Shown: positions 11,801 through 22,304 of the stretch, one piece after another
Layout: each line of letters starts with the position of its first letter
Position numbering within the stretch: the first letter of the stretch is position 1
Source: Nemertoderma westbladi
Taxonomy: Eukaryota; Animalia; Xenacoelomorpha
Direction: 5' to 3'
Assembly (NCBI GenBank): GCA_032718475.1
Contig: JAUCBJ010009018.1
Span: 1,096-65,095, forward strand
DNA: 64,000 nt
The notes under the pieces: model-generated
Database searches by the model: none
What the model saw: only the letters and a program-made list of their open reading frames with translations
What the model was told of the DNA's origin: nothing
Program-made: the position numbers and the translations under genes

Positions 11801-13014
11801 ACTATTGTAGGGAGTCTTGTGACCTGAATAATTTGTTCTGTGGGTTCTGTATTACCTAAGTCTGTGCTAGCTAGTTGTCTTCTGACCGCTGGGGGCAAAT
11901 CAGGCAGTTTATGACGGTGAGATGTTTTTCTACGCCTGCTTAGACGAGATCTATTTCCTCCGCCTTCAGGATCGGTGGTCTCGCCTTCCTCCGAGGATGT
12001 GTATCCCTGGCGCTTGGGAGTAGATCGACTCATCATCTGCATTTGATTAGCAGTAAACTGTTTATTTATACTGTCTTGCGTCTCTTGCAGATTTTCCAAC
12101 TCCAGTTGGATAGTCTCATCAGAAGCTCTCCGTTCTGCTTCTGCCACTGCTGCTTTTCTTTCTGCTTCTGCTTCTGCCGCCGCTGCTTTTCTTTCGGCTT
12201 CTGTTTCTGCCGCCGCTGCTTTTCTTTCGGCTTCTGCTTCTGCCGCCGCTGCTGCTGCCACCTTTCTTTTCTCTATCCGTTCTTTCTTTACTTGTTCTTC
12301 TCGGACTCTAATGAGGCGGAGTTTTTCATCACATTCAGCTTGGTTTGCAGCTAACATTTCCGCATCGATTGCGTCCAACACAAGCTTGGTTCCTTCACTA
12401 TTAGGGCGAAGTCCAGACAGCCGTCTCCTCAACTCTTCGTCTCCTAGGAATCGCTGATAGTCGGACAAATAAATGTCGATAGCGTCTCTAGTTCGCGGCT
12501 TCTCTGCTGATGTTAATTCGCTTTCCACTTCGCTTTCCACCTCGCTTTCCACTTCGCTTTCCACCTCACTTTCCACTTCGCTTTCCACCTCACTTTCCAC
12601 TTGAGAAGAAGTGGCGTCGGTTGATTCTTCATAGGTTGGCCGCTCATCATAAACCGTATCCGCCATCTTCGCTCCGCGTTCGGGCGTCCGCTCAACAGTA
12701 TCCGAACTACTGGAGCTATCGGGCCGCTGAGAACTAGGTTCTTGGCTAGGAGGTTGCTGCTGTTTTATAGCTTCTTCTTGATCCCGCTTGACTTGGGCCC
12801 GAGTGCCTATGGCAGACCAACGGCGCTTCACTAACTTCGCAAATTGCGAAATCTTTTCTACCAACCTAGGTTCTGACACAACCACTGCAGGAGTTGCCCT
12901 TCTTACAGTATGAGGGGTTTCAGACCTCGGTCTGGGATTCTCTACACTTTGATCTGAGAAACAGGCTGTTGTTTCTAGGAGACTATCTGACAGAGTTTGC
13001 CTTGTGTCAGCCAT
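8845..13014 (-). CDS. gag: BEL/Pao Gag-protease polyprotein fused in frame to short pol remnants (1389 aa)
   Basis: Open frame with a coiled-coil region, KFNGDEMKWLPF (BEL DUF1759-like), CALCDGPH...CYNCLRSGH...CAKCDAKHH knuckles and ALLDSGSTG aspartic protease. It then continues with only WRHC..NPADIASRG and the integrase tail NRPASRLCLLE. Confidence 0.93.
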   Translation of the reverse strand: MADTRQTLSDSLLETTACFSDQSVENPRPRSETPHTVRRATPAVVVSEPRLVEKISQFAKLVKRRWSAIGTRAQVKRDQEEAIKQQQPPSQEPSSQRPDSSSSSDTVERTPERGAKMADTVYDERPTYEESTDATSSQVESEVESEVESEVESEVESEVESEVESELTSAEKPRTRDAIDIYLSDYQRFLGDEELRRRLSGLRPNSEGTKLVLDAIDAEMLAANQAECDEKLRLIRVREEQVKKERIEKRKVAAAAAAEAEAERKAAAAETEAERKAAAAEAEAERKAAVAEAERRASDETIQLELENLQETQDSINKQFTANQMQMMSRSTPKRQGYTSSEEGETTDPEGGGNRSRLSRRRKTSHRHKLPDLPPAVRRQLASTDLGNTEPTEQIIQVTRLPTIVDEPEIIRPVVPKVTSVLETPVLPELNSKFPLHSTTLPVPGGTVHANTPVLSIERGIKDLSPVVPRQPATMLATPASAVEWVEEGRRGMNLLLGQMQETVHQLKGTVREGRAELQEVQQSIALERDKLVNIQKGIPIPPVTLCQPVRSEVLHAQGVEPTRIYTASEVETPIANPIKGDYRPVINDIPYRPDNDPRTLYTDNSILNNTMAQESFTRQMARTEARQAVKVGEIVKFNGDEMKWLPFNEYYKDSIQNSVLSNGEKLRFLIKCLEGPPKLMALKFIGHPDGLRQVWDTLNIRYGNKDNIAKYLYAKLVAPRHFLSSGIIEFSDEIQEICRQLDWLGKLHEYQSSMVIGAVVSTLPKGGVCTRWDKKVLYMNEQQRRSPTMADLMSFLDGEVKLQLIKQAREKTSENKVSEKPVSRRRIIPVCYTDDGESQASQEEDSGKDTAKSYYDNKTYKDVSKYKSRISDRREQVTTTPPTSPKRIHGRKPEERTRVHNVTQGKVSNIKPKCALCDGPHRLSACAEFLKKSPVDRRTVLWNKRLCYNCLRSGHQRRTCYSDVKCAKCDAKHHILLHSEFERDNPSQVSEPELHVQFSDVNGTDRGSGWEGFYTDEFSDAGESCYLINTTVYRALTDEKDTDEFTPTPFDKQPSWKVPTSNIGIREFPVVQVRVHGPNKSYIVNALLDSGSTGTFIDQELAEDIFAGQPKFRTKLNMSGIMQVWKSTLTADYYVGVLSTPQDKLGTQGIRSVKMVAIKNFATTQAEPYNWDEDECIQHLEIPRFQTDYPGVQILIGQNAHEALEPLEKRPAQPQPLQTYAVRTRVGWYFTGPSRRTLKERLPQQQVYQVKGEVESSDVDDPTEGTPYSSDNDDINSNVDQWRHCLGTINPADIASRGATPQELIDTPGWLGGSDSLSKEEEEWPPHLTTAESRQAKGAEKVPQQLNRPASRLCLLERDRKLSGNYGRQDTLPTTTSLIRQISRDSIT
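12519..12603 (-). repeat. 12-bp coding tandem repeat (ESEV)n in Gag of element A
   Basis: ctttccacttcg/ctttccacctca units encode VESEVESEVESE...; element B has a single unit. Confidence 0.9.
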
Positions 13015-14344
13015 GTTTGATTGTACAGTCGAATGCCTACTGCTATATTACAGTTAAAGCAAGTCTAGTAATTCAGTATCACTGTTAGCCTAATAATTAA
13101 TTACCGATACTGCTACTCAGTGTAGCGTGATATATATATAATATATTAGAATACCGGTATGCTTATAATATATATATAAGTATTATTACAGACTAGATTT
13201 GTCACAGAGTACCGGTATATAATTTTAGCACAAATATATATAAATATATAATAGGCCTATCGTGAATACCGGTATACAGCCTACACTTATAGTATATAAG
13301 TATAATTCTGGACTATAATTAATTACAGAGTACCGGTATGATTTCAGCTCAAATTTATAGAAATAAATATAATAAGCCTATGGTAAATACCGGTATGTCA
13401 ATTATTTTAGAATAATTGAATTTCTGAATATTTTAGGGTTACTTGGTTACTTTAACTTACTTTATTACCGTTATTTAAGCAGCAGTCCAACTGATATTGA
13501 GACCTAGTTGTTGTATGGCAGGCCTACTATTTATAAATCGTTTGAGTTGATTTATAATAGATATATACCCGTTTAAATGGGTTTTTGTCAATATTTGAAA
13601 TAAATGTTATTATTTCTGGGGGAGTCACTACACAGAAGCTGAACGCCTCTCAGTGAAGTGCTATTTATTTGACACTAAAACTGATAATTCTAATTTACCT
13701 AAGTTACTTAATACTACAAATTACTTACGATATGGGTGAGATTAATTCCCTAATTAAACACAACAAAATATTACGTACGAAATTTTTAGGGTAATTTTAC
13801 AGGAAGTCTACAAACCAGTCCAACAAAGGGTTAGAATTCTGGTTATTACTGTATTACAACGGACAGGGTACTACGGTATTTGAAATAATAAGTAGTAGTA
13901 AATATATTGTACTGTCCAGATAGGAAAATACCACCGCCTGACGACCTATAACCGTATCGCTATAGGTACTACGTTATGTATCACGGATTGTTCCTACCCA
14001 GAAGCTAATAGAGCTAACGAATGTGCCTATCAACCACTTTACAACACAAATATACTGCCTACACTAATTACTTCGGAAAGCACTGTACACTAAACCCTAA
14101 ATTAGGTACAAGTACCGGTATAACAAATAATCAGTAGTTAAATATACTTGAACAGTTAAAAGAACCACGGCATCTGCTGGAGTGACCGAAGCACAAAGTC
14201 GTCAGTCTTTACCTACGCCAAGCAGCCCTGATGTAGTACCGGGGTTAGTTTAACTATAACGGTATGTGTAACAAACACAATTACTGTAGGAATAAACTTG
14301 GGGACATGAATGTTGCGAATAATCGCATAAACTCTGAATAATAA

Positions 14345-14900
14345 ATATTACGCTACCCGCACAGAACACTCAAACAAATACAAACCAAAACGCTGGCAGA
14401 CTACTATCAAGCCTAAACAAACTACAGTATGTGCAGATTCTGAAACTGTTAGTTAGTATGCGTTCTAACACGGTAGTACGACTTACTCTTTAAGAGGGGA
14501 TTGACCTTACCGCTTATGGCTGCCCCAACTTACTAACGGCACTTGATCAGACCAACTCTACACACGCAGCAATCCCTTCAGACCTAAAAATAGCTAGACA
14601 ACAATCCAGCCTACAAATATTTGAGTAATAACTATTACGGTACCTGAACAGACCACACAAACAAACACAGGCTAAAACACTGGCAGACTACGATCAAGCC
14701 TAAATAAACTACAGTATATGCAGACTCTGAAACTGTTAGTTAGTATGCGTTCTAACACGGTAGTACGACTTATTCTTTAAGAGGGGATTGACCTTCAGCA
14801 TATGGCTGCCCCAACTTACTAACGGCACTTTATCAGACAAACTCTACACACGCCGTAATCTCTCCAAACTCAACAACAGTCAGACAGCAGCTCAGCCTAC
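14345..14900 (-). repeat. ~290-bp tandem duplication in the 5' leader of element A
   Basis: ctggcagactac...tgaaactgttagttagtatgcgttctaacacgg...aactctacacacgc occurs twice; equivalent to 20408..20970 in B. Confidence 0.85.
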
Positions 14901-15338
14901 AACTATCTGAACAATCTGAGCAGGGTCACACGCCTTCTGCTCAATATTAGCCTACTAGGAAATAAAACCGACAGAAATAGGTAAAATCTCAATAAAAATT
15001 CAGGGCTGCAGTCCCTGATTAAGTACTAAGACCCACCAGTATACAATAATCAAATCGAATAATACTAAATGTACTTGTACAGCAGTACCGGTACCGGTGA
15101 TGACAGTTAGGCCTACTGACCTACAAAGTACCGGTTCAGTTTTACCAGTCACTACGGTATTTTGCAACCTTATTGCCTACTGCAATAAGATTATAAACTG
15201 TTACTGTTCGACAGAACAGTATTAAACTGTATTTAATGCTTACACTGCAATACAAAGTAACTGTTACTGTTCGACAGAACAGTATTAAACTGTATTTAAT
15301 GCCTACACTTGCAACCTTATTGCCTACTGCAATAAGAT

Positions 15339-15350
15339 TATAACTGTTAC
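15339..15350 (-). promoter_or_regulatory. Atypical primer-binding site of element A (complementary to LTR 16092..16103)
   Basis: Minus-strand GTAACAGTTATA directly after the 5' LTR, with no TGG. Perfect complement of TATAACTGTTAC inside the LTR. Confidence 0.7.
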
Positions 15351-16584
15351 TGTTCGCGCTTTTGAAGACCTTTAGCAGTTTAACCTGCCAAAATTTATAT
15401 GTCTTTTAGTTAATTAACACACCTTTAGCATACGACAATATTTTATGCTAATACGCAAAACATTAGCCGAAGCCAGCCCATGCGCGATCATTCACCCGAT
15501 GGATCTACACCCGGGAGGCTGAATTCGGATGCTTAGATTTTATTATTGCAGTGTAAGGTTGCAGTGTAAACCTATTGTATTATTCGCTAGATCATTAATA
15601 TGTAATTTCTGACAGATATTATTAACTTTCGGGAAATATTAACAGTTCCTTTAGGACGTGGCGCTCTATCTATTTAAACAGAGCTGGGACTTATACTAAA
15701 CGCAACGATAAGGCTTATGATTAAAGTATAAGTCGCATTCTTTAGGAAATGCTTTGTTACCAGTCACATCACACTCACAATCATGCACACTATTCTGCCG
15801 ACTGTCAGTATATTTGATCACACATAAAGAGAACAGCAATTGACTCAGGTAGTGTCTACTAAATAACATTAGATTCAATACACACCACATTGATATAAAT
15901 CGCAATTGTTATATATAGCCCGCCTCTCTAACCTGTAGTGTATCAAGAAAATTGGGAATTTTGGGTGATTTATCCGTATTCTCCAAAGAGCAATATTTCC
16001 ATCAACAAATAGATACAATTAATAACTGACGGTAAATAGCAGTACAAACAATATGATTAGTGCAGTTAAATTAAGTGAGGTAACACCGCCGGTAACAGTT
16101 ATACTTTCTATAATCTAAGCAGTTTTACTAGAGTTCTTCCCAAAAAGCCGGTGTTTCTGGCTTAGACAGCAATAACAACAAAGTATCAAGTAAGGCAGTA
16201 AGACTGAACACTCTCCTTATGATCGGCTGAAAAGCTACACGTCGACAGGAAAAATCGCTCTGATTGGCTCAAGCCAAACAAAGAACTATGCGTCCAATGG
16301 CTGTTTCCATGTCAGCAACCAGCTGTTAGATGTCGTAATATGAATCATCACGGCTAAGCTGTGAAAGGTAGTTGGTGCATTACAGGTTTTTTGCCTTACC
16401 ATGTCCGCCAAAACACGTATATAGCAGAATGACTTTTATGTCCGTTAAAACACCTGTAACGGTACCTTGCGGGCGAGGGGAATATATATACAGTTAGAGA
16501 ACCTTTTTAGAGTATTCCAGCGCCTGGGGGGAAACTGGATTGCGAAGCAAAAGGGGCCAGTTATATCCCACAGAAGCTTTTACA
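15351..16584 (-). repeat. 5' LTR of element A
   Basis: Direct repeat of 4457..5690, bounded by TSD GATTG. Confidence 0.97.
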
Positions 16585-16800
16585 GATTGTTTTCGGCAGG
16601 AACCCAGTTCAAGAAGCGAACTGGAAACCTATGGACTCATAGTGGACCCAGTGGTCACATTTCCCAGATAGACCATATTCTGTTTCGTAGGAAATACAGG
16701 AACTCTATACAAGACTGTAATGATTTACACTTCGACCCTTCTCCAGTGATCACCGCCTTATTGTGGCCAAGGTAAGACTTAGTCTGCGTGCTAGCAGAAC
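16585..16800 (+). pseudogene. RTE-like LINE APE-endonuclease fragment split by element A
   Basis: LFSAGTQFKKRTGNLWTHSGPSGHISQIDHILFRRKYRNSIQDC. It joins NRNSVHLQDFI..SANG at about 4404..4456 when element A is removed. Confidence 0.8.
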
Positions 16801-16874
16801 AACGAAATCTGCCTTGCCGCGACATCTTGTCCTCTCTGTTGCAACAGCCAAGTGTGAGATCCAAGTGCCAAGGG

Positions 16875-17740
16875 TGCGGGTCGATTCGCCCCTTGACCTT
16901 ACGCCCCACATTTTAGGGGCATATGGACCTGGGGCGAATCGACATGGACAGTCGACTGATTCGCCCCACCTTCCAAGTCCATTCGCCCCAGATGATATTA
17001 TTGAATGTTTTACTAAATATTCTTTTTAGGTACAATGATATTACATAGAAAGTGCAATATTGAAATCTTGAACACCAGAACACACATTCGATTACGCGTA
17101 ATATTTTTTAGACCTTCAATCTAATAAATTACAGTATAAATCTCGTTACAAACACTTTTGGACCTCAATTGCGCGTAATATTTTCTCAAGATCTTATAAT
17201 GTATATTTTTAATCCAACATATGGAACATATTTGATTAGACTCTATAAAAACTGAATACAACAAAATAAGTAAATAAAATACAATACTGTGCACTACTTA
17301 TAATGTGAAACAAATTGATAGGTAAATCAAGCAAATCTAAATGTTGTTTCTGTCTACTTTCCTTTTAAGCATCATTAAGGCGATATTGAATCACGTGACT
17401 CACATGCAACAGTGACAACTCTCATGATAGGCAACTCTTGTGGCTCGGCAAGGGTTCGAACCCGCGGGACCTAGAAGCATACGTAATGAATTACATGTGA
17501 ATGAAATTGATATGGTGAACCTCTGAGTCATGATCTATGGTACTTCTGAACTTTCTAATATTCTACCTAAAAAGAATATTAGTAAAACATTCAATAATAT
17601 CACCTGGAGCGAATTGACTTAGAAGGTGGGGCGATTCGGTCAACTGTCCAAACCGATTCGCGCCAGGTCCATATGCATGCCCCTAAAATGAAGGGCGAAT
17701 CGACTTTGGGCGAAAAGGTCGAGGGGCGAATCGACCCGCA
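16875..17740. mobile_element. Foldback/MITE with long (~160 bp) terminal inverted repeats
   Basis: tgcgggtcgattcgcccct...gatattattgaatgttttactaaatattctttttaggta is mirrored by tacctaaaaagaatattagtaaaacattcaataatatc...ggggcgaatcgacccgca. Confidence 0.85.
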
Positions 17741-18079
17741 GATAATGAGTCTGATCTCCAGAAGATGCTCGATTGACTTTGGTGTAAAACTTGATGCATG
17801 GAAATCAACAACATTAAATCGGAGTTTGTGTACTACCGTCCTACACAGCAAACACGTACAAACAATAACTTTTCGGTTTGAAGCATGAATCTGAACGTTG
17901 TTTCTTCATACAGATATCTGAGTTTGGTTCGATGAACACTTAAAATTTGAAAAGCAACGGAGCTGCTAGCAAAGTCGGTTCTAAGGGCACTCGGGGCATT
18001 ATACTTTAAATCTAGATCACCAAATGGATTTAGCATGAAACCTTTACAAGTCGACTTGATTTTTGTGTATCGCCGATAC

Positions 18080-18420
18080 TCACCATGGATCAGCTCAGCT
18101 GTCTGGGGGATGCACGCAACAAGCACAGCACTAAACATTCTAGAACAGGTTCAACTGAAAGCGCAACGGTGGTTCCTTGGGACATCGAGTCTGTCCGAAT
18201 GCAGCTGTGAGAGGAGAAATGGGATGGAAATCATAAGAAGCACCGGCAAATTTTAGAAGCCGTTCGATACTGGAATATGATTTTAGATATGGACAGAACT
18301 AGACTTATGTGCCCTGTGCAGTTATGGAATTGAGATTGAGGAACATTTCCTACTTATACTGTATGTCCCGCTTTACAATAATCCCGAGAATCATATTAAC
18401 AGAGCGCGTTCAGCCATTGA
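18080..18420 (+). pseudogene. Non-LTR retrotransposon ORF2 3' remnant
   Basis: SSAVWG...LEQVQLKAQRWFLG followed by a degenerate RLCxLC...EIEEHFLL-type C-terminal motif. Confidence 0.55.
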
Positions 18421-18534
18421 TAATAATATTTTCAACCAATAATGCCTTCAACAACAATGCTGTAGATTGAATTGAAGATCCCGCTAAAAAGGTTGTACTT
18501 TTATTACCAGTATTATTTAGCCAATCAAAGTAAA

Positions 18535-18793
18535 GTTAGTAAGTCGTTCGCACGAGTTACTAAGTCGTTCGCACGACTTAGTAAGTCGTTCGCACGACTT
18601 ACTAAGTCGTTCACACGACTTAGTAAGTCGTTCGCACGAGTTAGTTAAGTCGTTCGCATGAGTTAGTAAGTCGTTCGCACTACTTAGTATGTCGTTCGCA
18701 CGAGTTAGTTAAGTCGTTCGCACGAGTTAGTTAATTCGTTCGCACGATTTAGTAAGTCGTTCGCACGACATACTAAGTCATTCGCACGAGTTA
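18535..18793. repeat. 21-22 bp minisatellite (agtaagtcgttcgcacgactt), about 12 copies
   Basis: Head-to-tail units without unique spacers, followed by the palindrome tttaggggctccgta-c-tacggagcccctaaa (18821..18851). Confidence 0.92.
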
Positions 18794-18943
18794 GAGAACA
18801 CTTTTTTTTCCTCATGTCCCTTTAGGGGCTCCGTACTACGGAGCCCCTAAATTTCCACATATATTTAAACATTTAACTAATAATTTACCGGATCAACCTC
18901 ACCAAGTCGGAACTCTTCTTTCTCGAGGAGGAATCTCCGGAGT

Positions 18944-20119
18944 TGTAAAAGCTTTTGCGTCATTAACCGGTTATTTTCCCTTAAAGTACTCTGTAGTTGG
19001 TTTGCCAGGCATAAAAAGGCCATGTCCTTGCTTTACTGGTGTTTTAGAGGACATAAAAGTCATTTCTTCTGTATTTGTACTGTATTTGTACTTTAGAGGA
19101 CATAATCCGTAATCTCGTGACGCGATAAGCTAGATACTCTTGAAAACAGTGTCGCTACCATGACGACGGCTAACAGCTGATATTGCCACGTCGACGTTTC
19201 TTTGTTTCTTTGTTCTCTCGTTGTTCGGTTGACCAATCAGAGCGTTTTTTGTCTCTGTGTTGGAGGTGTATACAGAACTCAGTAGTTCAGTGTTTATGTT
19301 TTTGCTAGAGCCTAAGAACATCGGCCTTTGGCACCTACGTATATCAGCATTCTTTAGCTTTACATTAGTAGGCTTAATTATAGAACGTATATCTGTTATC
19401 GAAACATACTAACCACAAGTTAACTCATTCACTTAATAATCATTTATACATTAATATTACTGCTTTTACTGTCGGTTATTCATTATATTGGTTGATGAAA
19501 TATTATATCGGAATACTGATCAATAGTCAGACACCCCACCTTCTTGATATACTAAAGGTTAGAGAGACCGGTTACAGATAAACGATTGCGACCTATGTTG
19601 AGTGGTTTGAAGTGAATCTAATGCTATTTCATATGCCCAACATAAATTGTCTGTTGCTCTCTTTATACGTGACTAAATTTAGTGAAGGTCGGCAGATTAG
19701 TGTGCAGTATTGTGCAGCATTGTGTATGAGTGTAACTGATAACAAAGCATCTCCTAAAGAATGTGCCATATACGTTAATCTATAGCCTTTTCGTTGTGTC
19801 TAGTTTAAGTCATAACTCTGTTTACATATTTAGAGTGCCACGTCCTAAAGGAACTGTTAATATTTCCCGAAAGTGAATAATATTGGTCAGAGATTATATA
19901 TTACGATCAGTCGAATAATACGGTAGGCTTACACTATCAATCATTAAGCTCCGAACTCAGTCTCCCGGGTATATCCAACGGGTGAATGATTGCGCATAGA
20001 CTGGCTTCGGCTAATGTAGTGTATCAAATACTCGTCATAAAGCTAAAGAATATATATCATCTAAAAGACATTCTAATTTTGGCAGGTTAAACTGTCAAAG
20101 GTCTTCAAAAGCGCAAACA
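18944..20119 (+). repeat. 5' LTR of element B
   Basis: TGTAAAAGCT...GCGCAAACA; about 8 differences from 36375..37549 counted by eye. Confidence 0.97.
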
Positions 20120-20130
20120 ATAACAGATAT
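20120..20130 (+). promoter_or_regulatory. Atypical primer-binding site of element B (complementary to LTR 19389..19399)
   Basis: ATAACAGATAT directly after the LTR, with no TGG. Perfect complement of ATATCTGTTAT inside the 5' LTR. Confidence 0.7.
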
Positions 20131-20407
20131 TGCTTCTGGATTGCGGTGTAAGCAATCTAGTCGAAAGTACCGGTCGACCGGTAACCAGTAGGCCTGACTG
20201 CCTGATCATCCGGACCGGTACTTACTTACAGTACAGGTACAGCAGTATTATTCGATTGTGGTATTGTATACCGGTAGGCTGTTTAAGAGATTAGGGACTG
20301 TACACCCCTTGTTTCTTTTGGAGCTTATTTATTTCTGTCAGTTTTATTTATTTGTAGGCCAGTATTGAGCAGAAGGCGTGTAAGCCTGCTCAGATTGTAC
20401 AGCTAAT

Positions 20408-20970
20408 TTGTAGGCTTGACTGTTGGCTAACTGTTGATTAGGTCTGAACGGATTGCAGTGCCTGTAGAGTGTATGTCCGATAAAGAACGGTTAGGAAGTA
20501 GGGGCAGCCATAGCTGTAAGGTAAACCCCCATCTAAAGAATAAGTCGTACTACTGGGTTAGAACGCATACTACTTAACCATTTCGGAGTCTGCATGTCCT
20601 GTGGTTTATTTAGGCTTGATAGTAGTCTGCCATCGTTTGGTCTGTACTCTGTTTGTGTAGTCTGTACGGGTAGCGTATAATTTTATTTAGATAATTTGTA
20701 GGCTGGATAGTTGTCTGGCTGCTGTTGTGTTTGAGGAAATTTCGGTGTGTATAAAGCATCTGTCCGATAAAGAACGGTTAGGAAGTAGGGGCAGCCATAG
20801 CTGTAAGGTAAACCCCCATCTAAAGAATAAGTCGTACTACTGGGTTAGAACGCATACTACTTAACCATTTCGGAGTCTGCATATACCGTAGTTTGTTTAG
20901 GCTTGATAGTAGTCTGTCAGTATTTGGTCTGCATTTTGTTTGAGTAGTTTGTACGCGTAGCGTAATATTT
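20408..20970 (+). repeat. ~290-bp tandem duplication in the 5' leader of element B
   Basis: gtccgataaagaacggttaggaagtaggggcagccatagc...ttcggagtctgcat occurs twice. Confidence 0.88.
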
Positions 20971-22304
20971 ATTATTCAGAGTTTATGCTATTATTCGCAA
21001 CATTCATATCCCCAAGTTTATTCCTACAGTAATTGTGTTTGTTATACATACCGTTATAGTTAAACTAACCCCGGTACTATACGGGCTGCTTGGCGTAGGT
21101 AAAGACTGGTGATTTTGTGCACCGGTCACTCCAGCAGATACCGTGGTTCTTTTGGCTGTTCAAGTATTTTTAACTACTAATTATTTGTTATACAAGTACT
21201 TGTACCTAATTTAGGGTTTAGTGTACAGTGCTTTCCGAAAGCAATTAGTGTGTAGGCAGTGTATTTGTGTTGTAAAGTGGTTAATAGGCACGTTGGTTCT
21301 GGTAGACCGCGGTAATTAACTTCTAGGTAGGGACACTCCGTGATACATAACGTAGTACCTATAGCGATACGGTTATAGGTCGTCAGGCGGTGGTATTTTC
21401 CTATCTGGACAGCGCAGTATATTTACTACTACTTATTATTTTCAAATACCGTAGTAACCTGTCCGTTGTAATAACCAGATATTCTAACCCTTTGTTAGGC
21501 TGGTTAGTAGACTTCTTGTAAAATTACCCTAAAAATTTGTATTTGTGTATTTGTAATTAAATTTTTGTGTTTATTTAGAGATTGTAATCTCAACCCGAAT
21601 TGTACGTAATTTGTAGTATTAAGTAACTTAGGTAAATTAGAATTATTTGTTTTAGTGTCCAACAAGTAGCACTCCACTGAGAGCGCACAGCTTATGTGTA
21701 GTGACTCCCCCAGAAATAATAACATTTATTTCAAACATTGACAAAACCCATTAAACGGGTATATATATATTATAAATCAACTCAAACGATTTATAAATAG
21801 TAGGCCTGCCATATAACAATTAGGTCTCAATATCAGTTGGACTACTGCTTGAATAACGGTAATAAAGTAAGTTAAAGTAACCAAGTAACCCTTAAAATTC
21901 AGAAATTCAATTATTTAAAATAATTGATATACCGGTATTTACGATAGGCCTATTATATATTTATATACTTGTGCTGAAATCATACCGGTATTCTGTAATT
22001 AATTCTAGTCTGTAATTATACTTATATATATACATTATAAGTGTAAACTGCATACCGGTATCCACGATAGGCCTATTATATATTTATATATATTTGTGCT
22101 AAAATTATATACCGGTTTCTGTGAAAAACCTAGTCTGTAATAATACTTATATATACCATAAGCATACCGGTATACTAATATATTATATATCACGCTACAC
22201 TGAGTAGCAGTATCGGTAATTAATTACTAGGCTAGCAGTTAATACTGAATTACTAGACTTACTTAGACTGTAATAGCAGTAGACATTCAACTGTGTAAAC
22301 AAAC

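Larger units (their letters stand above)
4457..16584 (-). mobile_element. BEL/Pao LTR retrotransposon, element A (internally deleted, non-autonomous, 12.1 kb)
   Basis: Two 1234-bp LTRs with TG...CA ends and a 5-bp TSD GATTG (4452..4456 and 16585..16589). BEL-type Gag with triple Cys/His knuckle and an ALLDSGS protease. Confidence 0.97.

Noticed and set aside
18535-18793. CRISPR-like array
   Set aside because: Units are contiguous with no unique spacers, there are no cas genes, and the context is eukaryotic; it is a minisatellite.
20121-20126. PBS complementary to the tRNA-Asn anticodon loop (TAACAG vs CTGTTA)
   Set aside because: Only 6 nt match and the flanking bases do not fit the usual tRNA-Asn stem. 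The 11-12 nt covarying match to the element's own LTR explains the site better.
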